NCBI GenBank assembly: GCA_028534125.1 | Contig: CM052832.1 | Coordinates: 13,270,001-13,334,000 of the forward strand | Source: Lama glama | Lineage: Eukaryota | Length of the DNA: 64,000 nt | Direction of reading: 5' to 3' | In this document: one piece after another, positions 1 through 11,695 of the stretch | Position numbering within the stretch: position 1 is the stretch's first letter | How the letters are laid out: the number at the start of each line of letters is the position of its first letter | The notes under the pieces: model-generated | Database searches by the model: none | Seen by the model: only the letters and a program-made list of their open reading frames with translations | Told to the model about the DNA's origin: nothing | Made by a program: the position numbers and the translations under genes

Positions 1-761
1 TCAGTGGTCTGGAAGTTGAGGAAGGAAGAGACACTGGGGCAGGGTCTCAGACCCAAAGGCTTAGCCACAATGCCAAGTGGAAGAGACCATAGCCTACAAG
101 ACCTGGGGTGTGGGGGCAGCAGGTATGCTGACCAGACTGCAGACTATGATCTATGATTCTAGATCACAGTCAGAGACAGTAACAACCTTGATGTACAAAG
201 TACCTACTATGTGGTAGGCATCATCTTAGGCCCTCAAATATAGTATCTTTAATCATCACAGCAGCCTTCTAAGGCAAAAGTTCTGATCTCCATTTCCCTG
301 TTAAGGAAATCAAGTTTCAGAGATGTTAAAAACCTGCCCAAGGTCACCCAGCTGATGATGGAATTGAGAGTGGAACACCACCCTATCACCAAGCTTCTCC
401 AACATTGAGAATTCAGAGTGTTTCCTCAGTGCTTTCCTGTTTCAAAGTGCTTTCTCACTTATTACCACATTTGACACAACAAGCTGGGAAGATGCAGTAG
501 ATGTGGCTATTCCCATTCTACAGACAGAGGAACTACAGCCAAGACAAGCAAAGGTATTTCCTCAGATTTGCATGGCTTTTAATTGCAAAGATTTGAACTT
601 GGACCTTCTGACTCATGTCCCAGTGCTTCCACTGCACTACCTGGCCTCATCTCAGAAAAGGACCAAGACATCTCTTTCCTAGGGTGCTACTCTGATACAG
701 GAGCCCAACCAGCCCAGTGAATCCTCAGAAACTGGGCTCCCAGGGAAGCCCTGTCACTCAC

Positions 762-857
762 CTCCTTCTGGCCCTCAGTCAGCCGCTGCACCTCACGTTC
801 TTTGGCCTCCAGTACCTCCTGCATCTGGGAGCTGAGGGCCAGGCCCCGGGAGTCACT
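762..857 (-). CDS. RAB44: RAB44 coding exon 6 (SDSRGLALSSQMQEVLEAKEREVQRLTEGQKE); the gene continues beyond the window start
   Basis: ctccccAG acceptor, GTGAGT donor, 96 nt, phase 0. Confidence 0.93.
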
Positions 858-1270
858 CTGGGGAGCAGAGAGGTCTCAGGCCCTGAACGGCAGAATCTAA
901 GACCCAGCTGGACTGGGCTGGCCCTTCCCACACTTCACCTCCTCCCAGGCCTGGGGTGCAGGGTCCAGGATGTCCCAGCCAGGAGGGGTTGCAGGACAAC
1001 TTTCTTGACTCAGGGCTAGACTCTAGCAACAAGGAGCCTGAGGCCCAGAGAACAGAAGGGGTGGCTCTGGGGGACACATGAGACCAGGCAGGGCACCTGG
1101 GCTCAGCACTCCCCGCCCCATCTCTCTGAGGAACGGAGCTCAGAGGTGTGAGAAGATCCATTCCCAGCAGCCTCCTGCTGCCCCACACTGGCCAGTTGCT
1201 GGCCCACTGCTTAGCCAGCAGAGGAGTCCAGGGCTAGGGGAGGGTGAGCTGCCTAGGGGTGGAAGCCCAC

Positions 1271-1361
1271 CTCAGCCTGCAGCTGCTGCTTCTCCCACTG
1301 GATCTGCTGCTCCATTTCCTCGTAGAGTTGCTGAACCTCGCGATGGTGGTCAGAGTCCCGC
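1271..1361 (-). CDS. RAB44: RAB44 coding exon 5 (RDSDHHREVQQLYEEMEQQIQWEKQQLQAE; coiled coil)
   Basis: Manual minus-strand translation; ttccAG acceptor, GTGGGC donor, 91 nt. The LYEEMEQQI motif is typical of the RAB44/RASEF/CRACR2A family. Confidence 0.95.
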
Positions 1362-2032
1362 CTGGAAGGGGTAGGAGGTGGGGCCAGGCACCACATCAGC
1401 ACCCTGGGACCCTGCTGTTGACAGGGGTGGTCTGGGCCAGGGTTTGGAGTCTATCCTGCTACTCACCTCACTCTGCCAGCGGTCACAGAGCCCTGTCACC
1501 CTGAGAACAGTCATCCCAGTAAGAGCTCCCTGACACATATGTCCTTGACATTGATTGCCTGGTCCCAGCACGCTGACTCCTATAACCATCAGCAGGATAG
1601 TGGTTCCTGTGGCCCCGTCTCATGGTCCCCATAGTCACATCACTCTGTTCCCAATTCCTGCCGTCACCATCCTCCTACCCCCATAACTCAGACTCCCTGG
1701 CTGGGCTGTGCCTATGCCAACCCCAGGGTTACCACGTGAATTGAAAGCTACGTGAGTGGTGCCCTGGAGTTGGGTGCCACAGTGGCCCTGCATCAAGACA
1801 CGCTGGCCGTTCCCACTTTTGTTGAAGGCCTAACTCTGTCCTCCACAGTAGGTCCCCTTAGTCAACCCTTTTTCCAGCTCAACGCTGCCCGGCCAGTTTC
1901 CAGGCTCTGCTGTGGACGCCTGGCCTCGGTTCTTCTGGAGCTGAGGGAATTCAATAGAGATTCAACTAAAATGTAAAGAGCACCCACTGTGTGCCGACAG
2001 CGGCTGGGGGTGGCCCTCTGGCCCCAACTCAC

Positions 2033-2179
2033 TTCCTCAGGGTCAGTTCCAGAACCTCCTTGTCAGCCCGTGCCTCCTGCAGGCGGCCGGTCATCTTGGC
2101 TAGAAAGCCCTCCAGGTTGCCCGCCAGCTGGGGCTCCTCCTGCCGCAGCTTCCTCCACAGCTGCCAGATTTCCGCCTGC
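2033..2179 (-). CDS. RAB44: RAB44 coding exon 4 (QAEIWQLWRKLRQEEPQLAGNLEGFLAKMT...LELTLRK)
   Basis: ctcccAG acceptor, GTGAGT donor, 147 nt, phase 2 at both ends. Confidence 0.95.
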
Positions 2180-3422
2180 CTGGGAGGGAGAGACAGCCAG
2201 AGACTAGCCATGTGGTGGGACCAGGAGGCGGAGGAGCCCCACTCCTCAGTTTTAATGGCAACACCCCAAGATATTTGTGGGCCACAAGTATCTATTTATA
2301 TCCTACAATGTGTAAATCAAATGCCACCTCCTCCAGGAAACTTTCCCAGCTGTGTCCTTTCCCTTTGTGAAAGCCCCATAGCAATTTGTCTCTCTACAGT
2401 TTGGTTATTCATTGTCAGGTGGGGGGACTTGGAAGTCTGATAGCCCAGGGCTTCCATTCGCTTTCTCTGTTCTCCTACTCTGTAGCTGTGTGATATTTAG
2501 CAAGTCCCATGCCCTCTCTGAGCTTATTTGTAAAATGGCTGCTTGAGAAGGAGACACACCCAGTGAAAACACCGGCTTGGGGCCTAGCACATGGTCAGCA
2601 CTCGATAAATGCTGCTTTCACAAGAATCTAATTAAGACATGAAGACAGATGCCTGAGGGCTGAGCCCAGGCTAGCCTGCCAAGTGGGTAAATCACTCCCC
2701 ACCACACCTTCCCCGCCAGCCTGCACCCCAAGTCCCACCCTGCCTGCCCCACAACACCTGCCCCACCCTCTGAGAGCTTGTTCTCAGAGCCCTGAGGGGC
2801 AGGCGAACCTGGGAGAACCTGGGCAGATGGACAAGGGTGATTCCCTGTGGGACCTGGGGGATATGAGAGCGACATTTTTAGGCAGGGCCCCCTTTCTCTG
2901 AGTCTGAGTGAACCGCAAGAGCCCAGAGCCTGAGACAATTTGGTGGAAATGCCCCCCTGTCTCTAAGCCTGCCCAATATAGAGCATCAACATGCCTGAAA
3001 TCACTCCACTGGGGGACCCTCTTTTTGGGTTAAGAGAAGCACCCTCAGGGAGCTTCATATTTTTAAGAATGTGAGTCCCCTTGGGAAGCTGATCCTTCTG
3101 AGGAGTGATCACGTAGGGCAGGGCAGGGAGGGAGGGGTTGGGGTGGACGGACCCCTGGTGAGAAGGTTTTCTCCACACATGGCTTCATTTAATCCCACAG
3201 CAGCTCTTATGCTCACGCAGCAGCCAGGGAAACAGAGGTCAGAGGTTGGGCTACCTGCCCGCAGTCACACAGCTAACAAGTGGCCGAATCAGGATTTGCA
3301 CGCATCTCTACCTGGTGGCTTCCATCTTGACATTGTGTCCAGGAGAGTCCTCGCCCCCTCTGAATGGCGGTGCCTCCCCCTGTTCCTTTCCCCCACCCCA
3401 ACACACACCGTGCTGGCCTTAC

Positions 3423-3597
3423 TCAGGAAGTAAGTGGCTGGCCCCCAGCTGCTCCATGAAAGCAGAGAATGCCTCCTTCTCCGCAGCATCAGCCTCCTCC
3501 AGCACTGGGAAGCTGGTGGCTACAGATTCTCGCTTGGAAGGAAGTGGCCTCTGTCTGTGTAGCCTGTGGGTGCTCGAGCTGGAGCCAAAGATGTTCT
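3423..3597 (-). CDS. RAB44: RAB44 coding exon 3 (KNIFGSSSSTHRL...FMEQLGASHLLPE)
   Basis: ttccacAG acceptor, GTAAGG donor, 175 nt, in frame with flanking exons. Confidence 0.95.
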
Positions 3598-3879
3598 CTG
3601 TGGAACAGAGTGGGACAGAAGGGAGCAGAGTGGAGATGGGCTCAGTCCCCTGACCTACCCCCTTGCCCTGCTCCAGCCCTTGGGAAATCATTGTAACTGT
3701 CAGTCACACTTACAGAGCCATGGTCATACATTCCTCACATCAACCTTGGGAGTTTACTTAAGGTAGACACTGTACCCATTTTATAGATGAACATCTGAGG
3801 CCCAGAGAGGCCAAAAGACTTGCTGGAAGTCATATAGCAGTTCCATGGTGGCCAACACATTCTTTTAACTCAGTCAAGG

Positions 3880-4330
3880 GATAGTTATTGAGCATCTACT
3901 ATAAGCTGGGGACAAAATTGGCCCAAACTCCTTCCCTGGTGGATCTGACACTTTATGAACACTGAAAAGGGCACATTAAAAATAAAAAATTTGTCAGGTG
4001 AGCTAAAAGAATAAACAGGGTAATTTCCATTGAGAGGCTGGACAGGGTCTACTTTGGAGGAGGTGGTCAGGAATGTCCTGAGGAAGTGACAGTGAAACTG
4101 AAATGTGAAGAAGAAGAAGGAATAAGCCATGTGAATTTCTAGGGAAGCATATTCCAGGCAGAAAGGATAACACATGGAAAGGCCCTGAGGTAGGAGCCAG
4201 ATTGGCATGCTGGAGGAGGCGAGTGGTACTGAGTAAGCCCAAGAGGTTGTCAGAATCGGGATGGTGCTGGCCTGTAGGCCCTGGGAAGGGGTTTGAATTT
4301 TGTTCCATAGACATTGGGAAGTCTCTGGGC
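3880..4330 (-). mobile_element. LINE-2 fragment
   Basis: ttattgagcatctactat...gggaagcatattccaggcagaaagg...aaaggccctgaggtagga is characteristic L2 3' sequence. Confidence 0.7.
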
Positions 4331-5275
4331 ACGACTGGATACAGATGGGAAGGTGGCTTCTTGGGGCTGCATTGACAACACTGCTTCCTCTGCTTCCCCC
4401 ACTCCACAATTCTGGGTCCTCATTCCCCCTCCCTACTCCCAGCTTCTCAATCACCAGAACCAAAGCAACCACCTCCTGGGGTGGCCCCAGCCTGTAAATG
4501 CAGACTCCTGGCCTCTCTCTCTATTGTCCCCCAAACTCTTGGAGACTCAGCAGACCTGAGAACTTTGCAGGCATTTAAGGCTGAGCTGTGCTTTTCAGGG
4601 TCTCTGCAAGGACACCACTTCTGCCATTCCCTGGGCTGGAAGTGCTTCTTCCCCCACTGAGCTCAGCAGGGATAATGTGTCTCCGCCCTTGGTGTCTTTA
4701 GATCCTTTTGGGTCTGTCTTGAGAAGCGGTGTTGGAGCAACCGGCCCACTGGGGGCTAAGAGCCTGGGAAGCTTCCACCCACTACATATCACCCCCTGCT
4801 GCTCCCTTGGGGCCTCGAATTCCTTTAACCAAAACCAGAATGTGAACTTCCTCAGGCAAAAACAAGTCCCCTCATCTCAAGAACAGGGGTGCTTAACCTC
4901 TTGCTCAAGGGAAGCCTTTTATTGGGGAGAAGACAAGGGAAGTATCAGAAGGCAAGCCTGGAGGCCTTTCTGGAGGAAAGAAATGCTCATGGGGCCCCTG
5001 GCCAATGAACTGCTCTCACTGGTGGAAAGGAAGTGAGCAGGTCTACTCGGCTAGAATCTTAAGACCCAGTTCTGCCTCAAACCAGCTGTCTTCCCACCCA
5101 CACTTAGTGTCCTTATCTCCACAGTAGTTTGTATTATCATCCACTCCCTGAACTGCTCTCAGGGGTGTTGTGATGGTCCTGTGGTTTATAGGGTATCACT
5201 ATGGCCTTTCTTGTCTGCCCAGCCTCACCCCGTACTGGGAACACCCCCCCAGAGGCCCCTTCAAAACAGACATAC

Positions 5276-5387
5276 TGAGCCCAGAGCTGAATTCTTCAAG
5301 GGAGAGATGTCCCTTCCGCTCCATATCCACCCAGTCAAAGATCATCTCCAGTTCCTCCTCCCTGCCCAGGAAGCTGAACTTGGCCAC
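5276..5387 (-). CDS. RAB44: RAB44 coding exon 2 (VAKFSFLGREEELEMIFDWVDMERKGHLSLEEFSSGL; EF-hand)
   Basis: CAG acceptor, GTATGT donor, 112 nt, phase fits both neighbours; EF-hand-like loop DMERKGHLSLEE. Confidence 0.95.
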
Positions 5388-7504
5388 CTGCAATGAAGAA
5401 GTAAGTTGGATGCTGTTTCCACTGGGGAAGGTGCTGGGCCACCCTCAAAAAAGGAAAGGTGAAAAAAAAAGGAGAGGTATTTGTCTTCAGTCACCCCTCC
5501 TCCCCTCTCCCCAGTTTTGGAGTCCCATCCACAACTTGACTTCAAGGCTGACCCTTGAGGCTCCCAGACCCTATCCAAGGCCACCCTCTCAGCAGAGCCT
5601 TGAACTTCCTCCACTTCTTTTCCCCTACTCCAGCCAACATCAAAACTTATCTGTTCCGTGTCTCATCCCTTTAGGACTCTAATAGAGGATAGTAGCAAAT
5701 TCTCCCCAGAATGTGTTTATCAGTATTCAAAAATTATCTGGAACTTGAAAATAACTCCAAAACATGGACAGCACATCCTTTCAGTATTTTACAGGGGCAA
5801 AAGCCACACAAGCATCTTCTAGATTCTGTATAAAGGTACTTAATTCATCTCACAGGACTGATTAGAGGTTCCAGACTAAATGAAGTCATATGCTAACTTG
5901 CAGGTTTTTGTCCAGGAGAGATGTAAATAATTTTTGTCTGATGGAACAGATAATCTCAAAGATTTATGACCTGCTGTACATTAACCAGCTTTTTAAAATC
6001 TAACCCAGCCATCTAACTTTTTTTGGTTAAATTACTTAGAGCTTTTTAAATGCTCTTTCAACCATTCATAACGTAACTCATTAATTAGTTAAATAAAATT
6101 TTTGATATAGATTCATTTTATTTTTGCCTAAAGGTCATGATTTTACCTTTTTGGAAATTCTATTTTAATAGTTTTGGGCGTTCCCCAGAGATGCCCCACT
6201 GGACTCAGCTGTCAGAACCCAGTGAACTGTGTTGCCGGAAAAGAGCCCCAAACGGGTTCTAGGAGGTCAGGCACTTATTTTCTTGGCTCTTGAAAGGAAT
6301 CCCACATGTGATAGAACTTTAAGTCTGCTGATTCTGTTTCTCTAGTTTTTGTTTCTGCTTTTGCTGATTTTCTGTTTCTGGTTGTGGCGGCAGCCGGGAT
6401 GGGGAATTCCACTGTATGGACTGACCGTTGTGTGATCTCCCCGGCATGTGTGTTGGAGACGTAGTGTCTGTCAGTTGAGAGACAACGGAAAATACGGTTT
6501 GCTAATCTTTTGTTGGTGGTGGTGGTGTTTGTTTTTCTATGTGTGACCTCAGATCGGTTAAGAATTTTGTGTCCACTGGGAAGAACAGCTCTTTGAAATC
6601 TGGACTGGGGAGTGTTTGTGTTTCTGTGTTTACTTTTGACCTGTGGCTGGAGTTGTAGAAACGAAGCCAGACACTCTCTCTGTCTGTATGTCTGTGTGTC
6701 TGTAATTCAAAAAGGCCCTTACCTCTTATTGTGAGTGTGAATATTTTCCTGTATCTGGATATGGATAACTTAGAGTCCCTCACAGGGGTTCTGTGTGGAT
6801 TGATTTGTAGAGACAAATAAGGGCTTATATAAATCTAATGGCCCCCAAAGTCACAGAAAATAAAGAAACTGAACTTCTAATGCTTTAAATGTGCTGGGCT
6901 TACAAAAAAAATTCATTTTTATAAGAAACTGCTAGCTCAGAAAACTTTTAAGGAGCCAGGTTCATATAATTAAGGAGAATCTTTGGACAAATTAGACTGG
7001 TTTATGAAAGATAAATAATATTTGTGTTTTCTCTGCCCTATAGTAAATATAATACAAGTATGCGTTCTATTTTTCATAAGATCTGGATTTGCTTTTTGTA
7101 AAGAAACTAGTTAATCTGAATTTCCTATACTTCTCATACTTCTCATCTTGTTTTACTTTCAAATAAGCCAACATTATCTTTACATAATATTTAAGATTAT
7201 AAAAATATAAACTTGTGTTCTACGCAGTTGATTTATTATTCTAACAAATTTTATATCAACGGTACTTGTATTTCCAAGAGCCTTGGTAACTTGAAATACC
7301 TGAATTGATAGTAATTAAATTAATGGATAAATACTTTTTGGTCACCTGGAAATTTTCTAGGAAAAAAACACTGAAACATTGATTGTTAAGCAGAATTTTA
7401 AATTTATATGCTTTTACTTATTTTTAGATGCTAAAAAGCAACTATATCTTTGGGTCATGTTAGTGTATGAATTCATTTTTGCCACTTTAAATAGTTGTGC
7501 CAGG

Positions 7505-7972
7505 GAAAGCAGGGATTGAGGTAGATATGTGTACAATCATATTCATAGCAGCAATATTCACAATAACTAAAAGATGGAAGCAACTCAGATGTTTGTCAAG
7601 GGTTGAATGGATAGATGAAATGTGGTATACACAAACGATGGAATATCATTCAGCCCTAAAAAGGAAGGGAATTCTGACATGTGCTACAACATGGATGTAC
7701 TGTATGATTCTATTTATATGAGGAACCTAGAGTGGTCACATTCTTGGAGACAGAAAGTAAAATCCTGGTTTCTAGGAGAGGAGGAGCTAGGAGAATGGGG
7801 GTTAGTGTTTAATAGGTACAGTTTCCTTTAGAGAAGATGAAGAAGACCTGGAGTTGGATGGTGGTGGTGGTTGCACAACAATGTGGATAAACTTAATGTC
7901 ACTGAACTCTACACATAAAAACGGTTATAATGGCATATTTTATATTATGTATATTTTATCATAATTTTTTTA
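7505..7972 (+). mobile_element. L1 (L1MB-like) 3' fragment nested in the ERV
   Basis: Typical L1 3' text (ttcatagcagcaatattcacaata...aaaagatggaagcaac...atggaatatcattcagccctaaaaagg); ORF 7497-7721 resembles the ORF2 C-terminus. Confidence 0.85.
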
Positions 7973-10109
7973 AAGTTGTACAAGGGTATGTGTGACTGTA
8001 GAAAGTCATGTGATGTGTGTTTGTGAGCTTTGCTAGTCAGTTCTCAGTTATTTACCCCCTAGTTCTTTCTGGGAAACAGAGGTTAATTACTTTGTTGAAA
8101 GTTATAATCACTGAGGGTGTTTGAGACAATACGAGGAACAATAGTGACAAAGAAAAGCAACTGTATCTGCAAGGAAAATGGGATGTGTTTTTGCTTTTCA
8201 AGGTTTAAGGAGAGTGGTTTTGTCTTAAAGTGTCTAGTTGTTCCAGGACATGAAAAAGGATTAAAAGCAAAATCTGAATAGGTATAAAGAGTTGTAGAGG
8301 GTTTGCTGAAATGGAATCTTAGTTGTCTTGATTTTTAACACTTGAGTCTGTAAAATAGACTATGAAATATAAATTAACATTTTGCCAAATTTGGCTCAGC
8401 TTTGATGGGTTTAAAAGTAAATACCAAAAAAAAATCTTATGAAACCTTTACCGCCACATGTTATATTAATGCAAAACTAGAATTCAGCTCCATCTCAATT
8501 AAAATGACAAATTGGCCTTAAAGCTCTAAGGAAAGGGATAAAAAGAGGTTACTATTAATAATCTGTGTAAGTTGCACAGGTAACTGATTGCGAATCTCAG
8601 CAGAATAACTTTCTCTGCTTTGTTTTGGCTTTATTGTGTTCTGATTTTCTTTAAAACAAAAAGCAAAGCCACTTTCCCTATCAAAGAGCTAAATGTCCTT
8701 ACAACAGTGTTGCCTTCTTCTGTATTTATTTCAAAATACTTTGTTTTGCTGTCACTTTGATTAAATAGGTAACCAAGTACTATTTCTCAGAATCCCATGA
8801 TTCTGTCTTAACCTAATGCCCTGTCTTCTCTGATAGTTCTTTTGGTTTTGCCTTCCCAACATCAGATCCTAAGTTTAGGTAAATTAAATTTAAATGTCAG
8901 GATATTTTTCTCTTTATTTATTAAATACCTTGACACCATTATAAGAGCATCATAGGAAGAACTGTCGGATCAGAAGAGACGTTCAGCCTTTCCTAGCTAA
9001 GTTTACAAAGGTAAAACACTATTAATATACGTATTTCAGAAATTGCATGCTTTATAGGAAAGCCCTGGAGATTTCTCAATGCTTTTGCTATGCATAATAT
9101 GTTCTTACCTTCAGGGGAAACACTAAGCAAACGCTTATGAAATATTTATACACTGTATCCCAGTAGAACATTTTACTCTCTTTCATTCTGATACTCTTAG
9201 TTACTGTACTAAATAACCACAGCCTTTCAGTCTCGTTACTAAACACGTTTCTACTTTCCTACCCTTGCCTGAAAACTTGATTACATGTTGCAGGCCAGTT
9301 TGTGTCTTCCACAAAGCACAGACTCAAAGCCTTGTGGAAAAGGACTGTACCAGGTTCTATGAACTCTTGATGCTTCACTTGGGTCCAGGATTCCAAGCTG
9401 ACTTAGCCGACCTTCAGAGTGAGCCAGTGGGTCACAGTTTCTAGGACTGTTTTCAGACCAGAAGCAGCCAGCTCACCCAAAATCCAGCAGAACAAGAATT
9501 AATTACCCGGAACTAAATGAATGGTTGAAGGAACTGAGTTGTGGTTATTTGTTGGGAATGCAGTTGACATTATTTTTTATTGTTCCATATTTATGGATGT
9601 ATGAGGAAGTCCTTTCTCTGTCTTCTTAAGCTGTCTCTAACCTTCAGTAGGAGAGTATGCTTTTATAAACTGAAATTTTACACTCCTGATTCCGAAACCA
9701 ATACTTTTCCTGAATCTCCTTCCTTTCCATGGCAATGTAGTTATTTACACAGGTTCAGTAAGAACCTGTCCTCCTTTTTACTGAGATATAGTTGGGTAAA
9801 TAATTGTGCAACTAGATGTAATATTAAAAGGATGATTCTCATTTAATCAAGTGTGACAAGTAAGGGACATTTGTGGAACCAATGCCTGCAAAGCTCTCCC
9901 AGGAGCCTGGTCTGGAAACAGATGATGAGGAAGGTGAATTCTGGACAGGACAGGGACCTTAGAAAAATTGGGAACCTCAAGAAGAAAGGAAGTTCCTCAC
10001 ATTTATAAGTGCTGCAGGTGAAAGTTGGTAGAGAAAGGCTTGTGCTTGGTTTCCTAGCTTTAGGGTAGACGTAGGGAGGCTGACTAGCCCTAGTATGCTC
10101 AAAAGATTT

Positions 10110-10184
10110 CAAGTTTTAACACTGAAAGTCCCACATCCCAGGGGCCCCTCCAGCCCAGGCAAACTGGGACAGATGGTCACTCTA
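10110..10184 (-). mobile_element. MER96-like hAT DNA transposon fragment
   Basis: Reverse complement tagagtgaccatctgtcccagtttgcctggg...gggactttcagtgttaaaac resembles the MER96 terminus as recalled. Confidence 0.65.
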
Positions 10185-11488
10185 ACCAGAAGTGCAAATA
10201 ACAAGAGTTTTTTAAAGTCCAGCTTAAGATTCCACATGAAAACTGTCTGGACAGAAACTAAAATGGCTCAGTCCTTCAAAAGCCTCCATTTGCAGAGCCC
10301 AGTCAAGGGAGCCCACATGTTTTATTTACACCCTTGTTGCACCTATGGAGATAATCGAGCCAAACCTAATGAGATCAGCCTTTTTGTATCAAGAATTTAC
10401 TTTGGAGGTTATGTATAATCACGGGAAATTATCTGAAACTTGGAAATAAGACAAAAAGGTAGACAGCACGTCGTCTCAATATTACATGGGGGTAATGACT
10501 ACCTAGGCATTGTCTAGACAAGAGGAATGCACTTAATTCATCTCATTGTTTACCTTTCATTAAAAGTCCTAGACCTACTGAAGTTACTTTTTAACTTGTA
10601 GATTTTGCCCAGGAGAGGTAAAAATAATTTTTGTCTAGTAGCACAGATAACCTCAAAGCTGTCTGACCTGTTGGATATTAGCCGTTTTAAAAACTGAATT
10701 CAGGAAACTTATCCTAACACTCTTCTGTCAAGTTGCCTACAAATATCCCAGCTTCTCAAATGCTCCTGGAACCTGCCATAACATCTTAATGGTTCCCTCA
10801 TTAATAAATAATAATAATAATAAATTAGATATTTGCTAAGTATTGATTTTATGTCTACTCAAGTCTTTTTTTTTTTTCAACCATTTTGAAAAATATATTT
10901 TAACATCAGCCATTTGTACCTCTTGTGGCCCTGAGGGTGGAATATCGGAAGGGTCAGTTTTGATGGGGGAGGAACAAAATCCAGAGTATAGAGCAGTATC
11001 AGGAGAAAGCAGATCCAGGGAGAATCCAGCAACCCACATAGGATCCTTGGCAGAAAATAGGAGAAACAAACAGACAAAAAAATTGGCCAATCTTGGTCAA
11101 GGCCACACCCTAAGACTCCTTACTGTCTTGCACAACCATGGCTGATCTGTTTCATTGAAGTTTATGTCATTGACATGGTTTGATTTCCAGGGCCCTGATG
11201 TTCCCCAAGATAAACTTCCTTGCTCAGTGGGCCTAAAATTATACCACATGCAAGTTACTTCTATGGCTGAAAACCTTTCCTTTATTAAACTGCAAATGTT
11301 TCTGGAAGAGGGTAACACATAAATTAGCCTTATAAGTGTTAGTCAGTATAAACACATTCCTAGCCTTTTCTGAGAGCAAATCTGAAGATGAGAGAAAGGG
11401 GAAAGAGCAGGCAAGTTCTGTTGGGATGGGGAGTCTCAGGAGGCTGTAGAAAAGGGATTCAGGGGGTGGGATGGGTCCTTGGACTCAC

Positions 11489-11695
11489 CGCCAGGTCCTC
11501 TCGAGTGACAAAGCCCCTCTCCTTGGCACCACAGTCCTGGAAGAAGTCCTGTAGCTCTGCTGCTGCCTGGGAGGACCAGGACCCTGGCCCTGGGGCCACA
11601 GGGGCATCCTCGCCATCAGCGGTTTCTCGCATCTGCCGCCGGCGGCTGGAGCCTAGCTTCCGGCCCTTTCGGGGCACCCTCTGTCCACTCTCCAT
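11489..11695 (-). CDS. RAB44: RAB44 first coding exon (codons 1-69, MESGQRVPRK...GFVTREDLA); the exon itself starts at 11706
   Basis: Translation matches the RAB44 N-terminus as recalled (human METGQRTSRKVRKLGSNRRRQ...AELQAFFQDCGAKERGFVTREDLA). Polypyrimidine tract plus AG acceptor at 11708-11707, GTGAGT donor at 11488; 207 nt coding. Confidence 0.95.

Larger units (their letters stand above)
5724..10905 (+). mobile_element. Ancient degenerate ERV1-class provirus with two diverged LTRs (~5724-6170 and ~10412-10905), antisense within a RAB44 intron
   Basis: The two blocks align by eye (aaattatctggaacttgaaaataa vs aaattatctgaaacttggaaataa; ccaggagagatgtaaataatttttgtct vs ccaggagaggtaaaaataatttttgtct) and end in tattttaata / tattttaaca. 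Possible TCAG target-site duplication at 5720-5723 and 10906-10909. The interior is AT-rich with no intact ORF. Confidence 0.7.

Noticed and set aside
3885..4472. 195-aa minus-strand ORF (and the similar 19393-19878 ORF)
   Set aside because: Both lie within LINE-2 remnants and are chance open frames.
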